Shown here: one piece after another, positions 38,880 through 52,372 of the stretch
Position numbering within the stretch: position 1 is the first letter of the stretch
How the letters are laid out: each line of letters begins with the position of its first letter
Source: Rhynchobatus australiae
Taxonomy: Eukaryota
Reading direction: 5' to 3'
Assembly (NCBI GenBank): GCA_034780895.1
Contig: JAUZTB010000001.1
Coordinates: 109,167,453-109,231,452 of the forward strand
Length of the DNA stretch: 64,000 nucleotides
The notes under the pieces: generated by a model
Seen by the model: the letters and a program-made list of their open reading frames with translations, nothing else
The model's database searches: none
Told to the model about the DNA's origin: nothing
Translations under genes and position numbers: made by a program

Positions 38880-40370
38880 AATTAGCTAAGTGTGGGTTTG
38901 GCTTGGCCAGAATGGATTCAAAAAGTAACAAATGACTATTTAGGCAGTTTGGTTCTCCTATGGCTCAAATGTTTGAATTTTACAGGATTGATCAATTTTT
39001 TTCTCAGTTCTGCTATCACTGCAAGGTTGTCTTCAATCCATCAAGAAGACAACAGCACTGACAAAAGGCCTGAAGATTTAAGCAGATGAAACCGGGAGAA
39101 TCATGGATAGAAGAACATTGAAAATGAAGTTTTGAGAAGAATACTACACAATAGGATCATGACTTGAGCGTACTGTGACTGGAGTAATATCAGTAGTACA
39201 TTGGCTTGAAAACCTGAAGCAAAATTTCAGCATAAGGGGTTGTTATTTAGATTGGAGGTAGAAAGCAGGATTCTACAAGGATCAGTACGCAAACCACTTA
39301 AATCAAATTTATATTAATGATTTTGACAGGAAAAAACAACATATCAAAATTTGCAGATGATATCAAATTAGGGATGTACAGCTAACACTAAGAATATAAT
39401 GCTGTACAAAACAATATTAGAATATGTACATTCTGCATAGGAAATAGCCTTTCAGAGAGATAAATAAGAAAAGATAGCAAAAATAGCAACATCACCTGTA
39501 TTATGAAAAATAAGACACTCACTGGGCATGCAGAGTAATAGAATAGACGTGAAAAAATTTCTGAAAGCAATATTGCAGTTAAGCAAAGCAATTAAAAATA
39601 CTAACAAAGCACTGAGATTTAATAGGAAAGGCTTATTAAAGTGGTGTAGGACACCGATCAGGCTACCCTTAGAATGCTGCGCATACTTTTGGTATCTGTG
39701 CTACAGTAAGGACACAGCAGCACTGGAGAAAATAAGAAACAATTAGAAAGATAATGCCAGAAGTTACATATTACAGGCATTGGAAAAGATTAAGAGATTG
39801 GGTGTATTCAGTTCTGAAATGGACGGTTGATGTGAGGGAGAGGGAGAGGGGGGAGAGGGAGAGGGAGAGGAGAAGCTGCAGAGTAACAGGTAAATAAGGC
39901 AAGGGGTAATGAGATTGATGGGATTGCTCTGCTGGGAGCTGGCATATTCTTAAACGGACTGAATAGCTTCCTTCAATGTAGTAAAAATAAGTAGATAAAA
40001 CCTCAGAAATGGACTGATAAATATTTTTTAAATTATGAGCTGTTGACAGGACAGAGGTGGAGAAAATATTTCCACCTGCGGGGAAATTCAAACCAGAGGC
40101 CAAGAGTAACATAATATTTAGCAAAACATCCAATAAGGAAAGAAGGAGTAATTTCTTGGCTCGGAGAGTAGTTAGAGTATGGAACTGACCAGCACAGTGT
40201 ATGTCTGAGACAAGTAGATTAAATGCTTTCAAAAGGAAACTAGACAAGTACATGAGAGAAAAGGAAGAGAAAGATATTCTAGAAGTCTGAAATGAGAAAA
40301 ATGTAATGGGGTATAAACACCTGCACAGACTAGTTGGCAGAATGGCCTATCTCTGCAGTGTGTGTTCCAT
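38880..40370 (+). mobile_element. Old CR1 LINE (RT to 3' end) with a nested second CR1 tail near 39800-39985
   Basis: QGSV, FINDFD, ISKFADDIKLG and RLPLECCAYFW motifs; (GGGAGA)n tract at ~39836-39870. Confidence 0.7.
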
Positions 40371-40569
40371 GAAAACAAACAAAGAATTCTGATAGGCTGA
40401 GAGCTGGATTGTAGCTTCCTCACACTGGTATTTATTGGAACAACTAAATTTCTATTTTACTAAATTTATCCTGGGCAAACATACGAGTGGAACAAAGAAA
40501 AAGCTCACAAAGTATTCTGCATAAGAACTAATTTGGAATCCGAAAGAAGGAAACAAATTATCTTGTTAT

Positions 40570-40700
40570 GCATTTCATTCCCATTTGTGGGGCCTTGCTA
40601 TACACACTTCCTAAGGTGACATCATTTCAAATAAATGTATTTTATTAGCAGTAAAGCATTTGGGACTTTGTGAGGCTGTGAAAGGCAATATACAAATATT
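40570..40700 (+). mobile_element. Deu-domain SINE remnant
   Basis: gtggggccttgct...gtaaagcatttgggactttgtgaggctgtgaaaggcaatatacaaat, similar to the copy at 51885. Confidence 0.5.
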
Positions 40701-41639
40701 AGTGTTTCCACTATTAGTCTATGGTGTCAAAGGCACAGAAATTGAGTAAAATAGATCAAGACAGCTAGACACAGTTGCAATGAATGTAATTTATGGTACT
40801 GGTGGGTGCAGTTTCAATTCCATGGGCTAGATGGAAGTCAAATAGGAATTTAATTGGAAGCCAACATTTCCAATAATTTCTAAAGAAAAAGAATATTGGG
40901 GAACACATGCTTATGGGAGAGATCAGAGAGACTGAGGGTGCGTTTTTTTTAAAAAAAAGGAGAATTTATAAAGGAGGTAAGCTAGTGCCAGTTGATACAA
41001 ACTGACAGGATATCCAGAAAAACTTGAGGAGCAGAATTCAGATGGTCAGAACTTAGGATCATACAGGATTGTGGAAATGGAGCAAGGGTGGAATTGAGTG
41101 AGATGTGGGAATATCTGTGAAGAAAGAAAGCAGAATAGCAAGATTTAGACAAGAATGCCCATCAGCTCTGCCAAATTCAGCCCAGTGTAAATAAGCAGTT
41201 CTACCATAGTATTTTGTATGATTGCATATGGGCATCTATAATTCCCTTCAGTAGCAGTTAACCTCTCACTTTGAAGAGGTACGTGACCGCAGACCTGAAA
41301 GACATATATTCCCATCTCCTCACCCCACCCAACCACCAGTCCCTTTACACCCATTACTCTTCCTCCTCTACAGTTTACCAGGCACTGTTCTAGTTCACAA
41401 AAGGATGACAGAGAAGCCTTCAGCTTTCGCAGCATTCTGTAATGGTGCTGGTCACCTTTGAAGGCTGATGAGTCTGGGGTGAGTGCCTTATCAACTGTCA
41501 AGACCATTCAGGGGTAGAATCAGCCATTTGCTGTCGAAAAGCAATCCCCTGAAACAGATGTTTTTTTAAAGAAGACAGAGGCAGAGGTCACAGTAGAAGA
41601 AATAGCATGGTCTGAGGGTGGGTGGCTGGTGGTCTGACA

Positions 41640-42330
41640 TGGATTTCCCGTCGTTGGATAATCCATCCCAATAAATGACTTGGAAAGGAATCTGTAGGTC
41701 ACAATGTTTCCCTTTGCCTTTATTCCTCCCAGTGGTAGATGTCATGGGTTTGGGGGCTGCTGTTGAAGGAGTCTTATTGGGCAATCACAATGTAATTATA
41801 GATAATAACAACTGTCTGTAGCCACAGTACATCAATGTGAAAGGAGTGTAATTGTAGAGTGGTGAATGGGGTGTAAATCAAGCAGGCTNNNNNNNNNNNN
41901 NNNNNNNNNNNNNNNNNNNNNNNNNNNNNNNNNNNNNNNNNNNNNNNNNNNNNNNNNNNNNNNNNNNNNNNNNNNNNNNNNNNNNNNNGGTGGCTTTAGG
42001 TTTCTTGAGTGTTATTGCAGCTGACTCATCTAGACAATTGGAGAATATTCCATTGTACACTTGACTTTTGCCTTGGAAATTATGGAAAGGCTTTGGGGAG
42101 TTTGGTGAGTCAGAAGGTCATTCATTTGCTGCAGATACCCAGCTTCTGACCTGCTCTCAAAGTCATATTTATGTGGCTGATCCTGTTAAGTTTTTTGCCA
42201 ATAGTAAGCACCCCCAACTCCACACCAGCCCCCATCTCACTCCAAGAGGTTGTAGGTGGGATACTTGGTGATAGTAATGCCATTGAATGTCAAATTATTC
42301 CTTGTTGAGATGGGTATTGCCTGGTATTTG
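41640..42330 (-). mobile_element. LINE 3' part, same family as 14815-15785
   Basis: Collinear similarity with 15050-15570. Confidence 0.65.
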
Positions 42331-42339
42331 AAAATTTAA

Positions 42340-43510
42340 AAGAAAACTGCAGGAAATCTAAAATAAAAACAGAAAGTTCTGGAAACACTCAGCAGGTTGG
42401 TCCACATCTGTGGGAAGAGAAGCAAAGCTAATGTTTCAGGTTGAAGACTCTTCATCAGAACTAGGAAGAAGACTAAAGAAGCTTGTTAAGCCTTGGGGAG
42501 CAGTGTGGGGGATGGGGATAATCTGTAAATAATGTGATCCAGTCAATGAGTGAATGGGAGCAGTTAGTGAGTGAGAACATTGAAAAAGAATGTGGGAGTT
42601 GCGAAATGCAGAGCAGGAAGACATACTCAGCAGGTCAGGCTGGGCATGTCCTCCACTTCCAGAGGGGAAAAGAAAAAAATGGGGGGAAAAAATACAAATA
42701 AGCTGAGCCAATATCACAGATGGGGGTCTGATGCAGACAGAAATCAAGACAGGAGATACAAGATGAAAAACACGATGATGCTGGAGGAACTCAGCAGGCT
42801 AGGCAGCAGCCATGAAGAAAAGAGAGCAGTCAATGTTTCAGGTCAGGACCCTTCTTAACAGATACAAGAGACTACAGATGCTGGAATTTGGAGCAAAAAA
42901 TAAACTGCTGGACGAACTCAAGTGGGTCAGGCAGTATCTGTGGAGGCAAATGGATGGTCAATGTCTTAGGTTGAGACTCTGCATCAGGACAGTGTGTAGA
43001 GGGAAGATAGCTAGTATATGGAAGTGAGAGGGAGGGGTGAGATAGAGACTGGTAGGTGACAGGTGGAACCAGATAAGGAGGGATGATGGGCTGATGGAAC
43101 CAGGTGGGGGAGGATGATGAATCTAAGTAATGGGGGTGGAGGGAAGAGATGGAAAAGGTGGAAGATGAAGTGTTGTTCCTCAAACTTGCACTGGGCCTCA
43201 TTATAAGAGTGCAGGAGGCCACAGACCAATAAATCAGATTGAGAGTGGGATGGCGAATTAAAGTGACAGATAATCGGAAGCTCAGGGTCACCCCTGAGGA
43301 CTGACCACAGGTGCTTCACAAAGCAATCACCCAATTGGCATTTGGTTTCTCCAATGTAGTAGAGACCACATTGTGAGTATCAAATGTGGTCTCCATGTGG
43401 TTACTAGACTGTAAGAAATGCAAGTGAACCACTGTTTCACCTGGAAAGACAGTTTGAGTACCTGAATGATGGGAAGAGAAAGGACAAGTGTTGCATCACC
43501 TGTGTTGTAA
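42340..43510 (-). mobile_element. Cluster of Penelope-like fragments including a GIY-YIG remnant
   Basis: GDCFVKHLWSVLRGDPELPIICHFNSPSHSQSDLLVCGLLHSYNEAQCKFEEQHFIFHL; three stacked pLTR ends at ~42345, ~42750 and ~42860. Confidence 0.8.
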
Positions 43511-43539
43511 GGGAAAGTGCCAGAAGGGCCCTGGTGTTT

Positions 43540-44640
43540 CACTGGTGCGAATGATGTTTGCCACTTATCAGCCCATGATAAATAGCAAACATCTCTTTAG
43601 GTCGAGCTACATGCAGGGCTGGACTGCTTCATTTGCTGATAAATTATAAATGGAATGGAACATTATGCATTAATCAGCAAACATCCCCACTTTTGACTTC
43701 ATGATGGAGGGAAGGTCATTACTGAAACAGCTGGAAAGCAGTTCTGATGAACTCCACAGCAAGGTTTTGAGGCTGGGATGACTGCTATCCAACAACCACA
43801 ACCATGTTCCTTTATGTGAGGTTTGACTCCACTCAAGTTTTACAAAGGCACCAAAACTGCTGTCTTAATGTCAAGAACAGTTATGCTCACTTCACCTCTG
43901 GAAAAATAGCCCTTTGGTCAATGTAATACCAAGGAATAATTAGGTCTAAGGTCAGGTAATCTTTGGTGAAACCAAATCTGAGCAACTGTAAACAGGTTAC
44001 AGGTTAGTGGTGAGTAAGTGCTGCTTGGTAGCACAGTTTACAACATCTCTGAACACATTGTTGAATTAGTAATAAGACCAAAAGAATTTATCTTGTACTT
44101 TGTGGATAAAAGGTACCCACACAGCTTTTGTCTCCATTATCTAGTACATCCTAGAGTTACTGACTTGACAAAGGTTGGGCAGTATGATCTACCAGGCCGT
44201 CAGCCTGAGCATGAAGACCTTAGTTATTCTCAATCAGCTACATAGGGCAAATTAATTAGCTATGTTGGGCAGGTCACATCATTTCATGCTCAACACCAAA
44301 CTCCTGAAACTCGCTAATCTGGCATTCTCCCAAACCCATTACCACTACCACCACCACCAAGCAGAACACAGGCTGAGGTTTGGGAACATCACCTGCAGAT
44401 TCTGGTCCAAGTTGCATAACATCCTGATTTGGAAATATATCAACATCTGTCAACATTGCTGGCTCTAAATCCTGGAACTCACTACCCAACACTATTGTGG
44501 AAGTGCTTTCACTAAAGGGACTGCAACATTTAAAGAAGGTAACTGACTCACCATTGCCTTCTCCAGAGGGATTAGGGATGAGCAACTAATGCTGGCTGGA
44601 CAGCAACACCCAAATTATGAAAATGGATTTTAAAAAAGGT
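43540..44640. mobile_element. LINE fragments of the 14815 family (minus ~43540-44030, plus 3' end ~44250-44640)
   Basis: acatccccacttttgacttcatgatggagggaaggtcatt matches 15690-15740; tail gggattagggatgagcaactaatgctggc. Confidence 0.6.
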
Positions 44641-45944
44641 AATGTGGAAACACACCAATAGATTTAAATAATCTTGCAACTCCTCAAGATAAGGACAACC
44701 TTAGGAGTCTGTGTGCATCTAGATGGTCTTAGCTTGAAGGGCGGCACAACATGGTGGGCCGAAGGGCCTGTATTGTGCTGTATTGTTCTATGGTTCTATC
44801 AAAGATTATTCNNNNNNNNNNNNNNNNNNNNNNNNNNNNNNNNNNNNNNNNNNNNNNNNNNNNNNNNNNNNNNNNNNNNNNNNNNNNNNNNNNNNNNNNN
44901 NNNNNNNNNNNTATTCTCTAGAGCTGCTGGTTTAGTCTTGCTACTGCTTTTCAATCCTGGAGCAAGATTCTTCCAGGGAATTTGCCTGTGCAGGTGGCCA
45001 GGAAAATTCAACATGTCTTTACTGGAGCTGTTTACCTCCAGTACACATTTTTTATTCAGCAACTGGCAAATGCTCAGAAATATAGATAATCCCACAATTT
45101 GATATAGGAAGCTAATTGATACCTAATAGTAACTTAACAGATAAAAATACAACAAAATAGAATCAACTGTATCTATAATCAAGTTATCACAGCAATTAAA
45201 CACACCAATATGCCTGCAGACCACCATCCTTGTTATGTCTGGAAAATATGCAGACTCTTTTAGCTAGTAATCTGAATTTTCATTATGCCAATGACAAAAA
45301 TCACATAGAGATAGCTACCTGTAGTTTTCCAATTCTTCCACTACACTTTAAATCCCTCTTGCATTTTGGGAGCCAATTAAAGGTGTCAGTCCCCTTGGGA
45401 ATATCAACATGTATTTGCTCCTTCATTATTTGCAAAACTGAGAAAATCTCCATCTTTGCAAATTGAGGCAATTTATTTGTGTTTTTATCCCATGATCTAC
45501 CTTATCTCCAAGTAAAGACTTTTGGCACACATGAGTGCACTAGGTAATACATGAAATGAGGAAATGACTGATGGTTATTATTAGAAGTAAAGATACGATC
45601 ATGAAGCATTTCGAAAGCAAAATATATTTTCTCTTTTGTTTCATTTGCATATCATTTCCAATCAACCATTTTTATTGTCTCAGATTAAGTATAATTCCTG
45701 CTTTTTGGTTTTTCCAGCTATTTTTAAAGTTATCAGACATTTTCATTCTGCATCAGGTATTTATGTTGGTCATTGCAGGGAGAAGCAAGTTTTTTTGTGT
45801 GCTTTGTTTTAAGAAACACAAACCTGTTTTTTATTAACTGTGTCATGGTCCTGTCATATAAAGGAAATCTTTCCCTTTTGTATTATTTTCTTCAAATTTC
45901 TAACACAGGCAGTTCTAAAGTTTTTTTTGAAGTTTTTTCAGAAG

Positions 45945-46131
45945 TTTTATTTACAGCATGGTAACAGGCCCTTCCAGCCCATTTTAAACCCATGTTAACC
46001 TGCCCATACATCTTTGGAATGTGGGAGGAGACCAGAGCACCTGGAGGAAACCCATGCAGACACGGGAGAACGTACAAACTCCTTTCAGACAGCGATGGGA
46101 ATCGAACCCTGATCGCTGGCGCTGTAATCAC
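45945..46131 (-). mobile_element. tRNA-derived SINE
   Basis: Pol III B-box GGTTCGATTCC on the minus strand (~46097-46107), core gggtttcctccaggtgctc and a CR1-like tail. Confidence 0.8.
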
Positions 46132-46169
46132 ACAGGATTTTGGCTACACCTAGATAAATGTGCCAAGCA

Positions 46170-46410
46170 AGTCTTTTTTTTAATGACACAGAGTGGTGAG
46201 GGCCTAGAATGTACTGCCAGGGGTGGTGGTAGAGGCAGATAGCATAGGAGCATTTAAGACATTCTTAGATAAGCACGTGAATATGCAGGAAGGGAGGGAT
46301 AGGGTCAATGTGCAGGGAAGAGGGATTAGAATAATTAGGAGTCGTTGGTTTAATTTGCTTGGCACAATGTTAAGGGCCGAAGGGCCTGTCCTATGTACTT
46401 TCTAACTTTA
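46170..46410 (+). mobile_element. CR1 3' end
   Basis: VVEADSIGAFKTFLDKH and tail gggccgaagggcctgtcctatgtac. Confidence 0.8.
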
Positions 46411-46994
46411 TGGTGCACAAAATATCATTTTTGTCACTTAGCATTTAATTTATGGTACCTGCAAATAAAATGGCATGCACCTGCTCTCCTGTGAAAGCAC
46501 CATCAGTTTCTACATTGCAAAACTCATGTCTTTCTGGATTGCTCGCAGTCAATTCTTTGGAAGGGCAGTCAGTTACTTGCAAGCAAGCTAACTCCCATAT
46601 TTGATATTTGGCCCAAGTAAATAAAATAGGTATTTATTTTCTTCAATTTGAACTTTTACTCAAAAAAGTCAAGACTTCAGGTTTGCATTCTGTATAACTA
46701 TGGCACCAAAATAAGCAACAGTTTCCTTTAGCAGAATTAAAGGAAAGGTTAAACTTTTGATGTATTTTAGAATTTGCCAAGAAACACAGTAATGAATGCA
46801 ATTACTTTTCATTATGGCACTGTGTGGCAAGCATTTTTTTTAAACACAGTAATGTGAAACTTGGATTTCAAATTTGTATAAACTACTGAACTAAAATTTT
46901 GGATGTAACTATAATTTTATATTGTAAAGTTATATTATCTGATTCCTCCAAAAAAAATTGTGAATATCTTCTTTCTAGGCAGTTCCTATAGATT

Positions 46995-48660
46995 AAAGAT
47001 GATGCTTCCACTCTGGTTTGTGAGTTCTGATGATTACAATATGGAAATTGCAGATTCTTCTATGTCTGGGTCTTCTGGGGCATGAGGTGCTTGACAGGAC
47101 AAGCAAAGGGCCATCTGTAAGGTGGTATGTTGCTTCTCCCACTAGTGCAGAGCTTCTGTGTGCTCTTGATGCATGGACCTGAATTTCTCAATACTAATCC
47201 AAATGCTCCTTCTGCACTTTGATAGGTCATGAGCCAGAGGTTCCTTGGAGTGAGTGGGGATGTTGCATTTTTTCAAAAAAAGACTTGATCATGTCCTTGA
47301 TTTTCTTCATTCATGAACCTGGCAATCTCTTCCACAACTGAGCACAGAATAGTCAGCCGTTTCCAGACTCTGGTTCAGGCATACAAACAAAGTGGCCTGC
47401 GCACTGCAACTAATTTAGTGTAATTAGGACTCCAATGCTGGGTATGTTGGCCTGGGAGAAGACTATAACAAAGGCTGTTCACTATTCCAATGAACTTGAA
47501 GGATTTTGCAGAGACCCCATTGGTGATATCTTCTAGTGCCTTAAGGTACAGACAGGTTCTCCAGGTCTCAATTCATGTATTTTTCAACCTGCAGCAACTA
47601 CACTCCAGAACTAAAGTCACTCAAACCTCTGATTTCAACCTGCAGTTTGCAGATGATGCTTACTTTACAGATACTAGAAAGGCCAAGCTCCAAGCTATCG
47701 TCGACTAGTTCACTGAAGCATATGAGGGGATGGGCTTTAAACTCGATATCCACAAGAGAGTGTCGCCTCTATGGCACCAGGCTGCACTTTGACAATAAAG
47801 GTTCATGGCAGCACACTGAAAAACATGGACCACTTCCTGTATAGTGTCATGGAGTTTTCAGAACAGAAATGAGACCTTTGGCCAATGTTTTTGTCCATCA
47901 AAACCAATCCCATTTGCCTCCATTAGGATGTTATCCTTCTGTGTCTTGCCTATTTAAGTTCCTGTGCAAATGCTTCTTAAACATAGTAATTGTATCTGAT
48001 TCTACCCCCTCCTCTGGCACCATGTTCCAGATATCAACCACTCTCTGTATAATAAACTTATCCCTCAGATCCCCTTTTAATTTCCTCCTTCTCACAAACT
48101 TATGCTCTTTTGTTTTTGATCTCTACTATGGGAAAAATATTTTGACCATCCACCCAATGTACTGTATATATGTATGCTTCTCATAATCACCCCTCAGTCT
48201 CCTTTACTCCAAAGAAAACAAGCCAAGACTAACCAATCTCTCTCCATATCCAGGCAACATCCTGGTGAATCTCTTCTGTGTTCTCTCCAGCACAACCACA
48301 TCCTTCCGATAGTGCAGCAACCAGAACTGCTCATGATACTCCAAGTGAGGCTTAACCACTATTTTGTAAAGTTGCAACATAATGTCCCAGCTCTTATATT
48401 CTATGCCCTGACCTACAAAGGCAAGTATGCACACGATATGCCTTCTTCGCCACCCAGAGAACTGTAGGTATCTTGAGAGTCACCTCAAGGTGAAGGCAGA
48501 CATTAATGATGTAATTAACCACCTTCTTCCATGCAAAAGCAAAGTCTTTAGTCAACTGAAAATAAGAGTCTTTGAAGATCAAGACCTAAACTCAAGGTTG
48601 ACTCAGCTTCAGAGATCTCTGACCTTCTGTATGGTTATACACATATAAATCTACAGATAC
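46995..48660. mobile_element. RTE-clade LINE with an inverted 5' part (minus ~46995-47545; plus ~47560-47842 and ~48468-48660)
   Basis: FNLQQLHSRTK...LQFADDAY RT motif on plus; YLKALE...LCKILQVHW on minus; split by a CR1. Confidence 0.7.
47843..48460 (-). mobile_element. CR1 3' fragment nested in the RTE LINE
   Basis: LAFVGQGIEYKSWDIMLQLYKIVVKPHLEYHEQFWLLHYRKDVVVLERTQKRFTRMLPG. Confidence 0.9.
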
Positions 48661-51600
48661 TGCAGGGTACAATATGGAGGTCCTCAACTTTACATTCAGT
48701 GAATGCATGATTAGCAATCATTTAAAGTTTATTAAAGGAAATATAATTTCATCAGATTGTTCTCTTCAAATCCAAATCAGTAAGAAAGTTTGTAGCTAGC
48801 TCAGTAACCCATACCAGAAATGCTTGTGTGTGGCGAGTAGAAAAATATTAGAGTTGGCTGTGTTGCCCGTGTCATCACTCATTGTTAATGTTTAGAAACC
48901 AGAGTACAGCAGAGAATAGTTAAAGTCTTTCATAGAATTGAAAATGGACATGTATAAAAAAATGCTTTGTTTTATAAATACACTGCTGTTTATGTTAGTT
49001 CTATGCAATGATGTATTATGGAGGTTATCAATGGAGAGAAGTGCATGCAGCTGATTATCAAAGATTGAGAAGGCACACGGTATTCTTGTTAAGAAGAAAT
49101 TATGAGAATTCTTGAATGCAAATTCATAGCCCAGCTTATGGCATAAAAATACTAAATTGCATTGGAGAAATACCAATATGAAAAGCAACAAATCTCAGGG
49201 GGGAAAGAAGTCAGGACTGAGCATACAGTGGAGATGAACAGTGTAGTAATTTCCATGGCAACTCACCAGATGATATTGCAGAGGTGGCGAGTCAATAGGC
49301 TTGCGGCTGTTGCTCTGATTGGCACTCACAGTCTATTTGTGAGAAAGGGAATCAAGAGAAGGAATAACTAGGACATCTCTGTATCTTATGACCCTTTTCT
49401 GTGATTTTCATTCCTGCCTCAATGTGCTACCAAACAGCTGAAAATACTGTGAATATTTTAAGAAAAATCAGAAGTCAAACCTTAATGCCTTGCATGCGAG
49501 ACTGCCACTGCTCTGCCTCCTGAAAGAGATAGCATGATTACAGTTGTCTTCTATAAAACAGAATCATTNNNNNNNNNNNNNNNNNNNNNNNNNNNNNNNN
49601 NNNNNNNNNNNNNNNNNNNNNNNNNNNNNNNNNNNNNNNNNNNNNNNNNNNNNNNNNNNNNNNNNNNNNNNNNNNNNNNNNNNNNNNNNNNNNNNNNNNN
49701 NNNNNNNNNNNNNNNNNNNNNNNNNNNNNNNNNNNNNNNNNNNNNNNNNNGACACAGTTCTAACACCTTACAATAGGCTGCTGTCTTTGTACTATTAATC
49801 TCCCTTTAACCTCAAAAACTAAATAGAAAATTTCCCATTCATTACTTAGTAGCAGTAGGTGACTTACATATTAGCATTTCCATCCTTTGTTAAATTTGAT
49901 CTATTCAGAAAGCTTTCAAAGATTTTTACCAAATTTGTTTCATGTAACAAAGATGATGTCAAGCTAAACTCAATGATGTAATCATGACACTCGATGTTTT
50001 TTGGTTCCTATCACAAAACCTTTGAGGTATTTATTAACGCTCTCATTGCAATCAAATTTCAGATTACAAATACAAGTTCAGCATAATGACTTTACATGAA
50101 ACAAATATTTGATTTTTAGTTGGTTAAAAATAAAATCTCATTTAGCTGCAAGTCTCTATGAAGTTCCTATTGTTGCAATACCTAACATTACGAAGCCTTC
50201 AACTTCATTTTTAGCTGTACTTTGTCAACAAAGACTATGTAGTCTCCAAATGCTACAACAAATATTTCATAATTCTGTAACCAATTTTCCTGTGATAACG
50301 AAATATGTCAACAATATGCTATGTATTATGTAAACATTTTGTATAACAGAACTTTGAATTACATCTATTTGTGCTGCCAATTCCCAATATTTTTAATATA
50401 ATTAATAGAATTACAATGAATTTAAATAATCTGGTATCACTAGAAATATTGCAAATTGGTACCTCAAGAATGTTAAGGAAGTAATATCCTGATGCTGACA
50501 CTCACAACATTTTTTCTGAGCTCATTTAATGGCTACATATTAATAATGTTTGCAAAATACTAAATATTTTACATTTTGTTTGTTTTTAAGTACATGATTA
50601 ATACCAAGAGCAATCTCAAAATATTTGTGATGTGTATTTATACATACTGTAAGTATCACAGGCAACTCAATGGAAATGTAATATTACCATAAAGAAATGG
50701 CTTGCATTTTTATTGTACATTATACATGGGAAATTATACATGGGAAATTTTCAAACCCTTAATTTTATTAAAACCAACCAGATCATTAATATTCCCCTCA
50801 ATTTANNNNNNNNNNNNNNNNNNNNNNNNNNNNNNNNNNNNNNNNNNNNNNNNNNNNNNNNNNNNNNNNNNNNNNNNNNNNNNNNNNNNNNNNNNNNNNN
50901 NNNNNACCAGATCATTAATATTCCCCTCAATTTATTGCCATTTTTATTTCAATACGATGCAAATTCTTTATTCAATATACTAAGCGGAAATAGCCATAGG
51001 CTCACTTGAAATTTGAATTATTTGTATTGTTATTGTTAAGCATAAATTGTGCATAAAAAGTAAAGGTTGCCTCTTTTGAAGTGTATGTATCCATTTCTAG
51101 GGAAGTTCTGCATGTTAGTTAATTGGATCAGATACTTCCTGTTGCAATTTGTGCTCATGCAGGTGTCATTTGCCTATTGTAGTTTCCTCATGTGATGATA
51201 ACACTAATTGCTTAATAATAAAAATTGGATCAAAAATTTGTAACCCAGATCCTTTTCCTCACCAACTTCTATTTTCTTCACCCTCTTGATTTCCTACTCT
51301 CCTGCTCCATTACCAGGAGAGTTTTCTGCAACTTCCAATCTGGCATTTGCCCATACTTTGCATCCATTTAGAATACCAAAACACCTCAAGTTCAATTTCT
51401 GGATCAGTGTACTTTGCTCCCAGCTCTCTCCAATACATTTAGTTCATGATACAACCATTTTTACAAAGAGAAGTGACACAAATTAAATTATTCCCTTGTA
51501 TTTTTAAAAACTCACTTAAGAATGTAATCATACTTATTTTCTCTTAACTAACAGATGGCTGGAGGATTAATTACAGATGTGAATAGATGCCTTGTGAATA

Positions 51601-51884
51601 TTTAGGTCTGTAACTAAATATACATACTGCAGATGTTGGAACTCTGAAATTAAAAGAGAAAATACTCAGCAGATCTGGGAGCATCCAGAACGCAAAACAA
51701 AGTATAGTTAATGTTAATCACCACAAAATGTTGACCCAAAATGTTAATCCCCCATTCAGCTGTGCCTTGATTGCTGTCACCTGTGGCATTTATTGCAGGA
51801 TTTGTGTCTTTGTGTTGGAAAGTCGTCAGTTGAAGTCCACTTCCAAAGCACAAATTTCTATGCTTATACTTGAGCTGGACTTTG

Positions 51885-52168
51885 AGAGGTGCTATCTATT
51901 GGATGAGGCATTAAACTGTGGAGATGATGGTGCCATCCAGTTTAGGTACAAGACACCATAGTACCATTCTGAGGGAGAATTGAGTTATCCATTATTGTAA
52001 CAGATTAACTAGCCGTGTTAAAATTACTGTATGTTGGAGCTTGCAGTGCCCATACTGGCTGCTATGTTGCCTACAATGCTAGAGAAGCTGCCCTTAAAAA
52101 TATTTCATCGGCTGTAAAATGCTTTGAGACACCATGAAAGGCATTATAAAATGCAAGTCATCTTTTTT
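51885..52168 (+). mobile_element. Deu-domain SINE (AmnSINE1/SacSINE1-like)
   Basis: ggatgaggcattaaac head; Deu core ttggagcttgcagtgcccatactggctgctatgttgcctaca...tttcatcggctgtaaaatgctttgagac...gaaaggcattataaaatgcaagt. Confidence 0.7.
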
Positions 52169-52372
52169 ACTTCATTGCCAGCCTACATGGTGAGTGATTC
52201 CTGTATTTCTATTCTAGTTTCATCATATTAATTTTATTATTAATTCTCAAGACCAGCCATTTTTTGTAGGGAGTTCTGATGTAGCTTTTTATATTTGTTT
52301 TCAAATTTCTTAGCGAGCATTTGCAGTAAAGGATTGCAATTTCAAGCAATGTGTTTGTCATTGTTTCATTAC

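Noticed and set aside
49868-49900. Possible micro-exon before a strong GTAAGT donor (minus)
   Set aside because: The phase-0 reading required by the neighbouring exons contains TAA.
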